From positions 71,369-135,368 of the forward strand of contig JABLXA010000005.1 of NCBI GenBank assembly GCA_013178415.1: DNA of 64,000 nt. Reading direction: 5' to 3'. Position 1 is the first letter of the stretch; every line of letters starts with the position of its first letter. The notes under the pieces were generated by a model. It made no database searches and was not told the DNA's origin. It worked only from the letters and a program-made list of their open reading frames with translations. This stretch comes from Bacillota bacterium (lineage in GTDB: Bacteria > Bacillota > SHA-98 > Ch115). Below are positions 41,850 through 51,786 of this stretch, in pieces. Made by a program: the position numbers and the translations under genes.

Positions 41850-43111
41850 ACTCCCCGAATCCTGACATTCCTTGACAACCAGATACGTAAGAGATTTAGG
41901 GCAGCCCGCGCTGATCTTTCCTTTATGGTCTCACGGTCTCCAACAAGGAAAAATCTCGATGACATGGCATCATTTCGCGAAGTCAAGGCGACGAACACAA
42001 GGCCAACGGGTTTCCCCGGGGTCGCGCCTGAAGGGCCTGCTATCCCTGTGGTGGCGATACCCACATCAGCCGAAGATGCCCTCATGACACCCCTCGCCAT
42101 AGCCAGGGCACACTCCCGGCTGACAGCCCCATACTTGGCTATGATCTCATGAGGCACCCCTAATATCTCCTCTTTCGCCGAATTACTGTAACTTACCACG
42201 CCGAGCAAGAAAGCCTGTGATACACCAGGGACATTGGTCAACCTGTGAGATATCAACCCGCCCGTGCACGATTCTGCTACTGCCACCTTGATGTTGTTCC
42301 TTATTGCGAGCTCCGCGACAACTGCCTCGAGAGTCTCATCGTCCACCCCCATCACCGCGTCCCCCAGGCGCCTCCGGATCTCCTGCTCAATAGGCTCGAT
42401 CAGGGCCTGAGCCTCCCTCTGATCAGAGGCCCTGGCCGTCAGTCTGAGACGCACCTCCCCGGGATAAGCCAGAGGGGCTATCGTAGGGTTTGTCTGTTTC
42501 TGGATCAGATCCATGATTTCATTTTCTACTGCCGATTCCCCTATCCCAGTGATCTTCAATGTCCTAGAATATATAATTCCAGCCTCGCCGCGCTCCGCCA
42601 GCCTTTGCTTGAGATATGGAACCACAGACTGCTCAAACATCGTCTTCATCTCACTAGGAACTCCGGGAAGCAGAATGACCGCCTTCTGTCCATCCTCAAA
42701 CAAAACGCCAGGCGCTGTCCCCACGGGATTGGGAATGGGACGCGCTCCCTTGGGCAATTCGGCCTGACGCAGGTTATTGGGTGTCATAGCCCTCCCCATC
42801 CTGGCAAAGCGGTCCTGGATCTCCTTTGCCAGCGATTGATCAAGCACGAGTTCCCTGCCGGTAACCCTCGATAGCGCTTCCTTAGTGATATCATCGCCGG
42901 TGGGTCCGAGCCCGCCAGTGACGATGACCACATCCGACCGTGCCATGACAGTCCGCAAAACCTCTGTGATCCGTCCCAGGTTGTCACCTACCGAAGACTT
43001 GAAGTATAGATTGACTCCCAGCTCTGATAGACGCGTTCCGATGTAAGCGGAATTCGTGTCAATTACATGGCCCAGCAAGAGTTCGGTGCCCACGGTGATA
43101 ATTTCTGCATT
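41846..43111 (-). CDS. cinA: competence/damage-inducible protein CinA (MocF plus nicotinamide-nucleotide amidase domains)
   Basis: MNAEIITVGTELLLGHVIDTNSAYIG N-terminus. A C-terminal CinA domain. Located upstream of recA as in Bacillus. The track ORF extends to 43174. Confidence 0.85.
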   Translation of the reverse strand, partial: NAEIITVGTELLLGHVIDTNSAYIGTRLSELGVNLYFKSSVGDNLGRITEVLRTVMARSDVVIVTGGLGPTGDDITKEALSRVTGRELVLDQSLAKEIQDRFARMGRAMTPNNLRQAELPKGARPIPNPVGTAPGVLFEDGQKAVILLPGVPSEMKTMFEQSVVPYLKQRLAERGEAGIIYSRTLKITGIGESAVENEIMDLIQKQTNPTIAPLAYPGEVRLRLTARASDQREAQALIEPIEQEIRRRLGDAVMGVDDETLEAVVAELAIRNNIKVAVAESCTGGLISHRLTNVPGVSQAFLLGVVSYSNSAKEEILGVPHEIIAKYGAVSRECALAMARGVMRASSADVGIATTGIAGPSGATPGKPVGLVFVALTSRNDAMSSRFFLVGDRETIKERSARAALNLLRIWLSRNVRIRGV

Positions 43112-43204
43112 CATATGATTATGCGCCTCCTGTTTCTTGAGGAACAACTGTCCTTGGCGCTTTTGATTCTTCATTTCAAAGCGGTATCCTGCATGCCGCA
43201 GTCT

Positions 43205-44707
43205 TCAACAACTGCTTATAGAGGCAAGTTCCGCTCTCACATCATCGCCTTCAAGTCTCTCACTTTCTAGCAGCTGATGCGCGAGTCTCTCGACTGCAGG
43301 CCACGATCTTATCAGGATCTGTTTCGCCCTCTGGTCGAGGTCTGCGATCATCTCACTTACTACCTCGTGCTGCAGCTTCTGAGGGACATCCTTGAAACCG
43401 ACGATTCCCAGAGGGGACATTCCTGCCGATATGATCTCCTTTGCTATATTTAGGGCATGTTCATAGTCGCCTTTTGCCCCAGTGCTTCTCTCCCCAAAGG
43501 CTATTTCCTCACATACGGCGCCTGCGAGAGCTATGACGATTTGATTCTCAAGCTCACATTTGGTGTAAAGGTATCTATCGTCCTGCTGCGCTTGACGCAT
43601 ATAGCCCATCGCGTTTCCCCTGGGTGTTACAGTGACTGATTTCACAGAACCTGCCTGCAGGGTTTCGCTCACTACTGCATGGCCTATTTCATGGTAGCTA
43701 ACGCGCTCCAACTCCGCCTGCGCTGGACGCCGGTCGAGTTTCTCTCCCAGCATGACCTTTTCAAGGGCCTCCTTGAACTCCTCCCTGCCGATCTCATCCT
43801 TGCCTTGACGCATAGCTAGAATCGCAGCCTCGTTTGTAAGGCTTTCAAGGTGAGCCCCAGAAAACCCAAAGGTTTCACGGGCGATATCCTCCAGATTCAC
43901 ATCCGCCGCAAGGGGTTTACCCCTGGTATGAATATTCAATATGGAAAGCCTGCCGTCTTTATCTGGAAGATCCGCTTTCACTACCCTATCGAATCGACCG
44001 GGGCGAAGTAAAGCAGGGTCAAGCAGATCGACCCGATTCGTGGCGCCAATGACGAGTATCCTTACCCTGTCATCAATGGTAAGCCCATCCATCTCCACCA
44101 GGAGTTGATTCAACGTCTGATCATACTCGAGGTGGCTGCTATGCTGACCACGCTTCCCGCCAAGGATCTCTATTTCATCTATGAATATGACCGCGCTGGT
44201 CTTGTGTTTCGCCTCGGCCATAGATCTCGCCTTGGCGAAGAGCTGCCGGACTCTTTGGGCCCCAACTCCTGCGTACATCTCAATGAATTCGGAGCCCGAG
44301 GCAGAAATGAATACGGAACCCATGAAACCCGCGGCAGCCTTGGCAAGGAGGGTTTTGCCCGTGCCCGGGGGTCCTGTAAGAAGGATCCCCTTGAGGGGCC
44401 GTATCCCCAGATGCTTCACCTTGTCTATATTCCTTACAAACTCCAGCGCTTCTAGCAGCTCCCTTTTTGCAACCTCCTGCCCGCCGATATCATCAAATGA
44501 AACCAGAGGGCAGTCCTTCATTTCATCTCCTGAATTCACTACCTTGAACCTCTTCCCTATAGCTCCTCCGAGCTGCATGTGCAAAAGCAAGACCGCTGCT
44601 CCGGCCAATACCAGCAATGGAACGATGTTGATCCCGCCCCAGGCTAGAAATGCCAACAACCCGAGAGCGCAACCTATGCCTATTTCACGACCATATCTTT
44701 TCACCAA
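43205..44707 (-). CDS. FtsH-like AAA+ zinc metalloprotease lacking the extracytoplasmic domain
   Basis: Two N-terminal TM helices with a very short loop. AAA module (GPPGTGKT, Walker B DEIE, SRH). M41 protease module with HEIGHAV (HEXXH) and a downstream GDYEHA third ligand. 500 aa, versus about 600+ for canonical FtsH. Confidence 0.7.
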   Translation of the reverse strand: MVKRYGREIGIGCALGLLAFLAWGGINIVPLLVLAGAAVLLLHMQLGGAIGKRFKVVNSGDEMKDCPLVSFDDIGGQEVAKRELLEALEFVRNIDKVKHLGIRPLKGILLTGPPGTGKTLLAKAAAGFMGSVFISASGSEFIEMYAGVGAQRVRQLFAKARSMAEAKHKTSAVIFIDEIEILGGKRGQHSSHLEYDQTLNQLLVEMDGLTIDDRVRILVIGATNRVDLLDPALLRPGRFDRVVKADLPDKDGRLSILNIHTRGKPLAADVNLEDIARETFGFSGAHLESLTNEAAILAMRQGKDEIGREEFKEALEKVMLGEKLDRRPAQAELERVSYHEIGHAVVSETLQAGSVKSVTVTPRGNAMGYMRQAQQDDRYLYTKCELENQIVIALAGAVCEEIAFGERSTGAKGDYEHALNIAKEIISAGMSPLGIVGFKDVPQKLQHEVVSEMIADLDQRAKQILIRSWPAVERLAHQLLESERLEGDDVRAELASISSC

Positions 44708-45336
44708 AGGCTAGAACCTCCCTTTTGCCCGGGGGAGGCGCCCACCGGAGGGCCCGACTGGCGCGCTGGCGCCAGGTACGAATATCGAGGCACCACCTGG
44801 TAAAGATGATGTCCGTCCTTTTCAAGCTGAACATACACGTTGTCTCTATCAACAGATACACCGAATTTCTGGATCCCATGACGTTCAGCCGTGGCTGTAA
44901 GCCTGGCGTTCATCATGGTGAAATCGCCCTGCATGATGGCTTCTTCTATCGCGAAATGCATCTCATGGTATACATTCATAAGCAAAGCGTCGCGATTGTC
45001 TGCGATTGAAAGCTCTACAGACCTTCCACCAGAAATCGCTTGAAGCCCATCCATCAGATCCCTGTAAGCCGCGCCAAGGTCTTCGCCCTCCTTGAGCTTG
45101 ACACTTATATCGATCTTCCCTCCGGTCTCAGAGATCTTGTAATCTGCCACGTGTGGATTCGCCTCCAGGAAACCACGTAAGGGGCGATCCACCTTGACCA
45201 TATAATTGAGATTAGACGCCGCCACCAGCAGCGTGAAGGTCAAGGCGAAGGCCAGCACGATTATTGAAATGTCGAGTCCTTTGATCTTCCTCACGGCGTA
45301 CACCCCGACGAGAACATTTGCCCAGCTAAAGGGCAC
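44701..45336 (-). CDS. hypothetical membrane-anchored protein, translationally coupled to the FtsH-like gene
   Basis: 211 aa with one N-terminal TM helix. Has a 7-nt overlap with the downstream FtsH-like ORF. No family recognised. Confidence 0.4.
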   Translation of the reverse strand: MPFSWANVLVGVYAVRKIKGLDISIIVLAFALTFTLLVAASNLNYMVKVDRPLRGFLEANPHVADYKISETGGKIDISVKLKEGEDLGAAYRDLMDGLQAISGGRSVELSIADNRDALLMNVYHEMHFAIEEAIMQGDFTMMNARLTATAERHGIQKFGVSVDRDNVYVQLEKDGHHLYQVVPRYSYLAPARQSGPPVGASPGQKGGSSLW

Positions 45337-45429
45337 TTTTTACAGTAAAATTATAACATAAGGCCCCCCGATACGCGAGGGGCCTGACCGATCCAAAACA
45401 CTCCAGATAGTGTAGGGGATCCCATTAGT

Positions 45430-46173
45430 CTATAATATGATGGAAAGGGCTCTCTCACCCGCTTGCCGAAGTTCCTCTACTGCTTTGCGGGGATCAGCAG
45501 CCCCAAAAACGGATGTGCCGGCAACCAATATCCTGGCCCCGGCCTTTACCACGGCAGGCGCGGTTCCCATCGCGATCCCACCATCTACTTCTATCAAAGC
45601 AGGCGATCCCACGCGCGCGAGCATTTTCTTTACATCACAAATCTTGGGCACCATGGATTCAATGAATCTCTGACCGCCAAATCCAGGTTCCACCGTCATA
45701 ACAAGCACGACGTCCACCAGGTCGAGAACATGTTGAATAGCACACGCCGGCGTAGCCGGATTCAGCGCGACACCTGCTTTCATGCCTTTCTGCTTGATGC
45801 CCTCTAGCAAACGATAGAGATGATCAGTGGCCTCAGCGTGGACAGTGAGGATATCGCTTCCCGCCTCAGCAAAGGCCTCTATGTAATTTTCTGGTTGTTC
45901 GATCATAAGATGAACATCCATAACCATGGGTTTAGGGATCACGCGCCTCAAGGAAGCGACCACTGGCGGCCCTATGGTGATATTGGGCACAAATCGCCCA
46001 TCCATGACATCCACATGTATCATATCAGCTGATGAGACCTTCTCGATTTCCGAAGCCAGCATCGCGAAATTGGCCGACAAGATGGAAGGAGCAATCTTGA
46101 CATGGTTGGAAGTAAAGATCCTGTCATTCAAGAACGTTGCGGCCCCCCTTTCCTTTGTCATACTTCTTTTCAT
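45430..46173 (-). CDS. rpe: ribulose-phosphate 3-epimerase
   Basis: VKIAPSILSANF, HVDVMDGRFVPN, TIM-barrel Rpe motifs. The N-terminal extension (about 24 aa) is uncertain and overlaps the rsgA 3' end. Confidence 0.85.
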   Translation of the reverse strand: MKRSMTKERGAATFLNDRIFTSNHVKIAPSILSANFAMLASEIEKVSSADMIHVDVMDGRFVPNITIGPPVVASLRRVIPKPMVMDVHLMIEQPENYIEAFAEAGSDILTVHAEATDHLYRLLEGIKQKGMKAGVALNPATPACAIQHVLDLVDVVLVMTVEPGFGGQRFIESMVPKICDVKKMLARVGSPALIEVDGGIAMGTAPAVVKAGARILVAGTSVFGAADPRKAVEELRQAGERALSIIL

Positions 46174-47038
46174 ATCCGATCGCAGAGATCTCCTCGAGGA
46201 ACTGGATATAATGGTCGTATCGTGAACGGGCTATCTCCCCGGATTGCAGCGCCGCCCTCACCGCGCAATCGGGTTCCCGGTAATGCAGGCACCCCAGAAA
46301 TCTACAAAGCCCTTCATATCTTAGAAATTCCGGAAAGTAGAACCTCAGTTCCTCTTTTTCGATTCCGTCAAGAGAGAGCTTGCTGAACCCCGGGGTATCC
46401 ACTAAAAAGCCCCCCGCCTGAAGAGCAAGCAGCTGAGCGTGTCTTGTGGTATGCCGGCCTCTTCCCAGCTTTTCGCTGATCTCACCAGTCTCGAGGGTGA
46501 GGCCTGGTTCTATGGCATTCGCCAGCGCAGACTTCCCGACCCCGGAAGGACCCGCAAAGACCGAAATCTTACCCTTAAGAAAAGATCTTAATCTCTTAAC
46601 CCCTTTTCCCGTCATGGCACTGGTCACCAGAGCGGTATAACCAGCCTTTCGATATGGGCGGGCTATCTTCCGGCCCATATACTCAGATACAAGATCAGCC
46701 TTGTTGAAACAAAGAATCGCCCCGACCCCTTCCCTACCGACCACCACCAAAAGCCGGTCCAGAAGGTTCAAATCGGGTTCGGGCTGGGTCAGGGCACAGA
46801 CTATAACCGCCTGGTCTACATTGGCTACCCTTGGACGGATGAGCTCAGACTTTCTTGGGAGGACCGTCTCGATCACGCCGACGCCAGGCCTTACCTCTTC
46901 CCCTTGAACACGATCTCCGACCGTCACGATGGTATCATCTTTGCGCAATCGGCCCCGCAATGAGCATACAAATTGGCCAGATTCGGACTGGACTGTATAG
47001 TATCCTGATGTAGCCTTGATTACGATACCTTCAAACAT
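46124..47038 (-). CDS. rsgA: ribosome small-subunit-dependent GTPase A
   Basis: OB-fold N-terminus, circularly permuted GTPase (AGPSGVGKSAL) and a C-terminal zinc finger CRFLGCLHYREPDC. Confidence 0.85.
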   Translation of the reverse strand: MFEGIVIKATSGYYTVQSESGQFVCSLRGRLRKDDTIVTVGDRVQGEEVRPGVGVIETVLPRKSELIRPRVANVDQAVIVCALTQPEPDLNLLDRLLVVVGREGVGAILCFNKADLVSEYMGRKIARPYRKAGYTALVTSAMTGKGVKRLRSFLKGKISVFAGPSGVGKSALANAIEPGLTLETGEISEKLGRGRHTTRHAQLLALQAGGFLVDTPGFSKLSLDGIEKEELRFYFPEFLRYEGLCRFLGCLHYREPDCAVRAALQSGEIARSRYDHYIQFLEEISAIGYEKKYDKGKGGRNVLE

Positions 47039-47053
47039 ACAAGCCCTGCCTGA

Positions 47054-48991
47054 TCACCCCTGCGGGTGGATTTCCTCATCCTTGAATAATACGCCATCAA
47101 TGAATACCTTGACGTGGATGTTGTCACCATATCCTACTACATGCTGCTCAACTCGTTCGCCAGGCGACGCAAAGGATCTGAAAACCTCGCGTTCCCCGTA
47201 GAAATCATCTACCTTTATCACTACCTCTTGCGAGGATTTTCCCTGGGGAACCGTAACTGTTACCCAGGTCACTGTCGGGGTGGTGGCCGCATCCCGTCCT
47301 TGGGTCGCAAACCCTGGTGTCGTCCCCTGAGGCCTTGAGACAACAAGATCTACACTGCTCTGCGGCTGGACCATGCTTCCTGACTCAGGGTATTGCTGCA
47401 CTACCTCACCGTCCGGCCTTCCTGCGTCCGCCTTGCTCAACTCAGAGCCTACCACGAGTCCCGCAGCCTCGATAGCCTTTTTGGCCGAATCTATATTCAT
47501 CCCCACGACATTAGGCACCTGGACGCCGGGGGGCATCGGCCCTTTACTTATCACTATATCGACGGGCAACCCCCTTTCCAAACGCTGACCAGGATCCGGC
47601 ACCTGCCCAATGATAGCGCCCGCCTGCATATCAGGGCTATAATCCTCGGTTTTCGTTCCCATAGCTAACCCCGCCCTTTCTAGGGCCAGCTGGGCTTCAC
47701 GCACAGTGAGACCAACCAGATCAGGGACAGAGACCATCTCTTTACCTTGACTTACGATCACCCTCACCTTGGTATTGATCTTTACCTTTGTCCCAGCCTT
47801 CGGGCTCTGGGAAATGATATGGTTAACCTCGACTTTATCATCATACCTGGTATCGGCCACTTCGAGCGCGAGTTGACTCTGCGGCAATAAGAGCCTTGCC
47901 TCATCCAGATTCTTGCCGGTTATATCCGGCACTTCAGTCTCGGGGACATATAGTATGGAAGGAAGCTTGAGAAGTCCAAAAACAGTCCCTGAGACCAGGA
48001 TAAGAAAGAAGGTGACCACAGCAACAGCAAGGCCGCCACGTCTCCTTGGCCTGGCCACCTGATCAGGTCTCTTGACGGCCGTGCTTCCGGACTCCAGACT
48101 TTCCCGCCACCTGCGCAGGTCTTCTCCTGTCATGATAGCTGTCGGGGCTTCATCATCTATCGAAGCAATATCAGGAGGAGTGGCAAATGGATCAAGGGCT
48201 CGTGCCATATCCTCAGCTGTCTTGAATCTCTTGGATGGATCCTTCTCCAACGCCCGCATCACCACTCGTTCCAACCCTTCAGGGACATCAGGGTTCAAGG
48301 TACGGGGTGGGACAGGCTTTTCCTGGATATGCTGAATAGCCACTGCAATAGGGCTATCTCCCCGGAAGGGCACACGCCCGCAAAGCATTTCATAGAGGAC
48401 GATCCCGAGGGAATAGATGTCTGATTGTGGTGAAACTTGTCCCCCCCTAGCCTGCTCGGGAGAAAAGTAGCTTACTGTCCCTATTACAGTGCCCGTTTCC
48501 GTAATCGTGTTGGTGCTTGCAGCATGCGCTATGCCGAAGTCAGCGACCTTGACCATGCCATCCTGAGTTACAAGGATGTTATGGGGTTTGACATCACGAT
48601 GAACGATATTGTTTCTATGGGCATGTTCCAGCGCATGACAGATCTCCCGGGCAATCCAGGCGGCATAACCGGGAGGGATGCATCCCTCCCGCTTTATGAT
48701 CTCTTTCAAGGTGGCGCCCTTCACATATTCCATCACAATATAATGCTTATCCCCATCCCGTCCAACGTCATAGATATTGACCACATTTGGATGGGACAGG
48801 CTTGCAGCCGCCCTGCCCTCACGCCGAAAACGTTCCACAAACTCTTCGTCACAAGCAAATTGCGGCCTTAATATCTTGAGTGCGACAATGCGATTGAGAA
48901 CCGAACACCTAGCTTTATAAACCTCGGCCATACCTCCTTCGCCGAGTTTCTCTAATATTGTATATCTCCCTCCTAAGATCTGACCAACCAC
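47054..48991 (-). CDS. prkC: Ser/Thr protein kinase with three PASTA domains (PrkC/PknB-type)
   Basis: Hanks kinase motifs (GEGGMAEVYKA, HRDVKPHN, DFGIA), a TM helix, three PASTA repeats and a C-terminal beta domain. Confidence 0.9.
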   Translation of the reverse strand: MVGQILGGRYTILEKLGEGGMAEVYKARCSVLNRIVALKILRPQFACDEEFVERFRREGRAAASLSHPNVVNIYDVGRDGDKHYIVMEYVKGATLKEIIKREGCIPPGYAAWIAREICHALEHAHRNNIVHRDVKPHNILVTQDGMVKVADFGIAHAASTNTITETGTVIGTVSYFSPEQARGGQVSPQSDIYSLGIVLYEMLCGRVPFRGDSPIAVAIQHIQEKPVPPRTLNPDVPEGLERVVMRALEKDPSKRFKTAEDMARALDPFATPPDIASIDDEAPTAIMTGEDLRRWRESLESGSTAVKRPDQVARPRRRGGLAVAVVTFFLILVSGTVFGLLKLPSILYVPETEVPDITGKNLDEARLLLPQSQLALEVADTRYDDKVEVNHIISQSPKAGTKVKINTKVRVIVSQGKEMVSVPDLVGLTVREAQLALERAGLAMGTKTEDYSPDMQAGAIIGQVPDPGQRLERGLPVDIVISKGPMPPGVQVPNVVGMNIDSAKKAIEAAGLVVGSELSKADAGRPDGEVVQQYPESGSMVQPQSSVDLVVSRPQGTTPGFATQGRDAATTPTVTWVTVTVPQGKSSQEVVIKVDDFYGEREVFRSFASPGERVEQHVVGYGDNIHVKVFIDGVLFKDEEIHPQG

Positions 48992-49047
48992 ATCCAGTCA
49001 CCATCCTTATGCCACGCAGGGGTCCTTGTATCTTCATGCGTGGGGGT

Positions 49048-51786
49048 CTATGACTTTTCTAGGATGCCAACCTGCTCAAGCCAGTATTTCATCAATTCTC
49101 TAGCTATTGGGGCTGCCACGAGCCCACCTGAGCCCCCATTCTCCACCACAACGGACACCGCAATCTGTGGGTCACGGGCAGGCGCAAAACCGATGAACCA
49201 GGCATGGGGCGGACCTGCTGGATTCTGTGCCGTTCCGGTTTTGCCAGCCACCTCGATACCTGGAATCGCGGCTAGCCTCCCTGTACCTTTCGAAACCACA
49301 TCAACCATCATATCACGAATCACCCCGGTAGCGGTAATGGAAGATACCCGCCTGAAATGAGGCCCAATCTTCGCAGCCGAACCAGGCCGGCGTCCGTGTG
49401 GCACTATATCCATGATTATTCTAGGTTCTGGCATCATCCCACCCATTGAGATAGCCGCGGCCACCTGAGCCATAAACAGTGGGGTCACCAGTGTCTCTCC
49501 CTGCCCTATGCCGCTCTCGGCTATGAGACTCCTGGACATGGCCTTCTCCAAAGGGAACCTGGGAGCTGATGCCGGTATTTCTAGAGTTGGCTTCATATGG
49601 AAACCCCATGCTTTCATGGCCTCTTTGAGCGTTGCCTCACCGCATATCTCGGCGATCTCTACAAACGCGACATTGCATGAGCGGGCCAGGGCCATATCCA
49701 GGGTTACCTTTCCATGCCCCTTGCCGTTCCCGCCGGGACCAGGGCAAGATATGACCTGCCCGTCAATCATGATGCTTCCGTTACATTCAAAGGTATCATC
49801 AGCCCTGATCTTGCCTGCATCAAGAGCTGCTATCGCGATAATGGGCTTTAAAGCTGAACCAGGTGGATAGAGCCCTTGAGTAGCCCTATTCAGCAAGGCC
49901 CTCCTTGGGTCGCTCGCGAGCTCATTCCAGGTTTCATCAAGCCTGCATGGATCAAAACCAGGCTCGCTCACACAAGCAAGTATATCCCCTGTGGCTGGAA
50001 AAATGGCCACTATTGCGCCTGGCCTGCCCCGGAGCAGTCTCTCACCTAATTTTTGGAGACCGAGGTCGATGGTGAGAAGAACATCTTTTCCTCGATGCGG
50101 CGGCTGGATCAGAAAATCATCCAGGCCGAGAAGCTCCTTGTTATATGCGGCCTCTATGCCGCTTTTCCCATACCTCGAATGACTATATCCAATGACCTGC
50201 GCAAGAGACTCGGGCACGGTATATCTCCTGATAGGTTTATCTCCTATGACCTCTGAAAACGCAAGGATCTCCCCCCGGCGCGCAAGGATCGAACCCCTTA
50301 TGATCCTTTCTTCCGCGCGCGCCATTCTAGGGTTCTGTGGATCCGCGGCTAGATAGCGGAAACCTGCGCCAGCATAATAGGCCATCACGACAGCGACTAT
50401 GGCAAGTCCACCTGCAGTGAAACCCAAAAACCTCCGGCATGCCTCTTGTATCCCGGGACGGTCGTATCCAGCTTGTTCAACTGCCCCGCTACCCACGCCC
50501 CCAATCCTCGCCAAGATTCCCAGCGCCCCGAAGCATGTTACCATGGAGCTTCCGCCATAGCTGATGAAGGGAGTCGTAACTCCTGTCATAGGAATGATCC
50601 TGAAAACCCCGCCCAATATGATGAGTGTCTGCAGGGAAAATAAGACGCTTATCCCCCCGGCCAAAAGGGCCCCAAATTCGTCAGAGGAGTTCATCGCCCG
50701 GCCAATTCCTTCGGCTGCAAGATAGAAGTATGCCATTAATACCGGAGCTCCCACGATGATGCCAAACTCCTCTAGCAGCGCAGAGAATATGAAGTCCGTC
50801 TCCACTGCCGGTATGGCACGGGGCAGTCCCGCTCCTGGTCCAACTCCTGTGATGCCTCCGGCAGCGATAGCATAGAGTGATTGAATCATCTGGTAACCGG
50901 CTCCCTTGGGGTCTCTCCAGGGATTCAGCCAGACGAGAACACGGTTTCGCACGTGCCCAAAGAGGAGATAGCTCAAAACTCCTCCACAGGCTATCAAAAA
51001 CAGGCCCAGCGCCAAATAAGATGATCTGCCGCTGGCAAGGTAGAGCATCGAAAGATAGACAGCGAATAGCAACAGGGCCGTGCCGAGGTCGCGTTGGAAC
51101 ATAAGGAGCAAAAGGGAGATTCCCCATATGAGAAACATGGGTCCCACATACCCAATCTCTGGCACGAGAACCCCCATTATCCGGCGAGTAGGCGCAGATA
51201 AAAGCCTTCGCGCCTCTGTCAGATACCCGGCTAAGAATATTACCATCAGGGGTTTGGCAGGTTCCGATGGCTCAAGGCTCACCCCGAAGAGCTGGACCCA
51301 GGACTTAGCGCCTCCTATTTCGCGTCCGAAAAGAGGGCCAAGCGCCAAGAGAATGCAAGCAGCCACTCCTATGACATACCGGTATTGCTGCAGCCACGTA
51401 TAGTCTCTTGCCACGCTGGCAACGATGAAGAATACGGCCAGACCGAGGGATATCCATGATAATTGACGCCATATGAGATCCGGCCTCAATCGATATATCT
51501 CAAATAAGCTGATACCACAGAGAAATATGGCGATAGGCAGCAGCGCCTTATCCCTTACCTTGAGCACCTTTTCCTCGATGCTAAGGGCTATAAGGGATGC
51601 CAAGGCAAATATGACCGGTATTGTCCAGTGCCAGCCATCCCCCGTGGCCCCCTGGGCTATCTTTACGCAGATAAAACCTATTGTTCCGGGGAGTATGCAC
51701 AGTCCTGCCAGATTCCATCCGGCAACCTTCCCATTAGACCATAGACCCAACTTCAAGACCCCCGCGCCATCGCATATGCGGTTCAA
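49048..51786 (-). CDS. natural in-frame fusion: SEDS glycosyltransferase (RodA/FtsW-like, aa 1-430) plus class B PBP transpeptidase (aa 453-912)
   Basis: Single 912-aa ORF. The N-terminal half has SEDS hallmarks through PFISYGGSSMV. A 20-aa cytoplasmic linker (about nt 50430-50496) leads into a new TM helix (FLGFTAGGLAIVAVVMAYYAGAGF). Then comes a PBP dimer domain and a transpeptidase with SALKP (SxxK), SCN (SxN) and KTGT. Confidence 0.8.
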   Translation of the reverse strand: MNRICDGAGVLKLGLWSNGKVAGWNLAGLCILPGTIGFICVKIAQGATGDGWHWTIPVIFALASLIALSIEEKVLKVRDKALLPIAIFLCGISLFEIYRLRPDLIWRQLSWISLGLAVFFIVASVARDYTWLQQYRYVIGVAACILLALGPLFGREIGGAKSWVQLFGVSLEPSEPAKPLMVIFLAGYLTEARRLLSAPTRRIMGVLVPEIGYVGPMFLIWGISLLLLMFQRDLGTALLLFAVYLSMLYLASGRSSYLALGLFLIACGGVLSYLLFGHVRNRVLVWLNPWRDPKGAGYQMIQSLYAIAAGGITGVGPGAGLPRAIPAVETDFIFSALLEEFGIIVGAPVLMAYFYLAAEGIGRAMNSSDEFGALLAGGISVLFSLQTLIILGGVFRIIPMTGVTTPFISYGGSSMVTCFGALGILARIGGVGSGAVEQAGYDRPGIQEACRRFLGFTAGGLAIVAVVMAYYAGAGFRYLAADPQNPRMARAEERIIRGSILARRGEILAFSEVIGDKPIRRYTVPESLAQVIGYSHSRYGKSGIEAAYNKELLGLDDFLIQPPHRGKDVLLTIDLGLQKLGERLLRGRPGAIVAIFPATGDILACVSEPGFDPCRLDETWNELASDPRRALLNRATQGLYPPGSALKPIIAIAALDAGKIRADDTFECNGSIMIDGQVISCPGPGGNGKGHGKVTLDMALARSCNVAFVEIAEICGEATLKEAMKAWGFHMKPTLEIPASAPRFPLEKAMSRSLIAESGIGQGETLVTPLFMAQVAAAISMGGMMPEPRIIMDIVPHGRRPGSAAKIGPHFRRVSSITATGVIRDMMVDVVSKGTGRLAAIPGIEVAGKTGTAQNPAGPPHAWFIGFAPARDPQIAVSVVVENGGSGGLVAAPIARELMKYWLEQVGILEKS

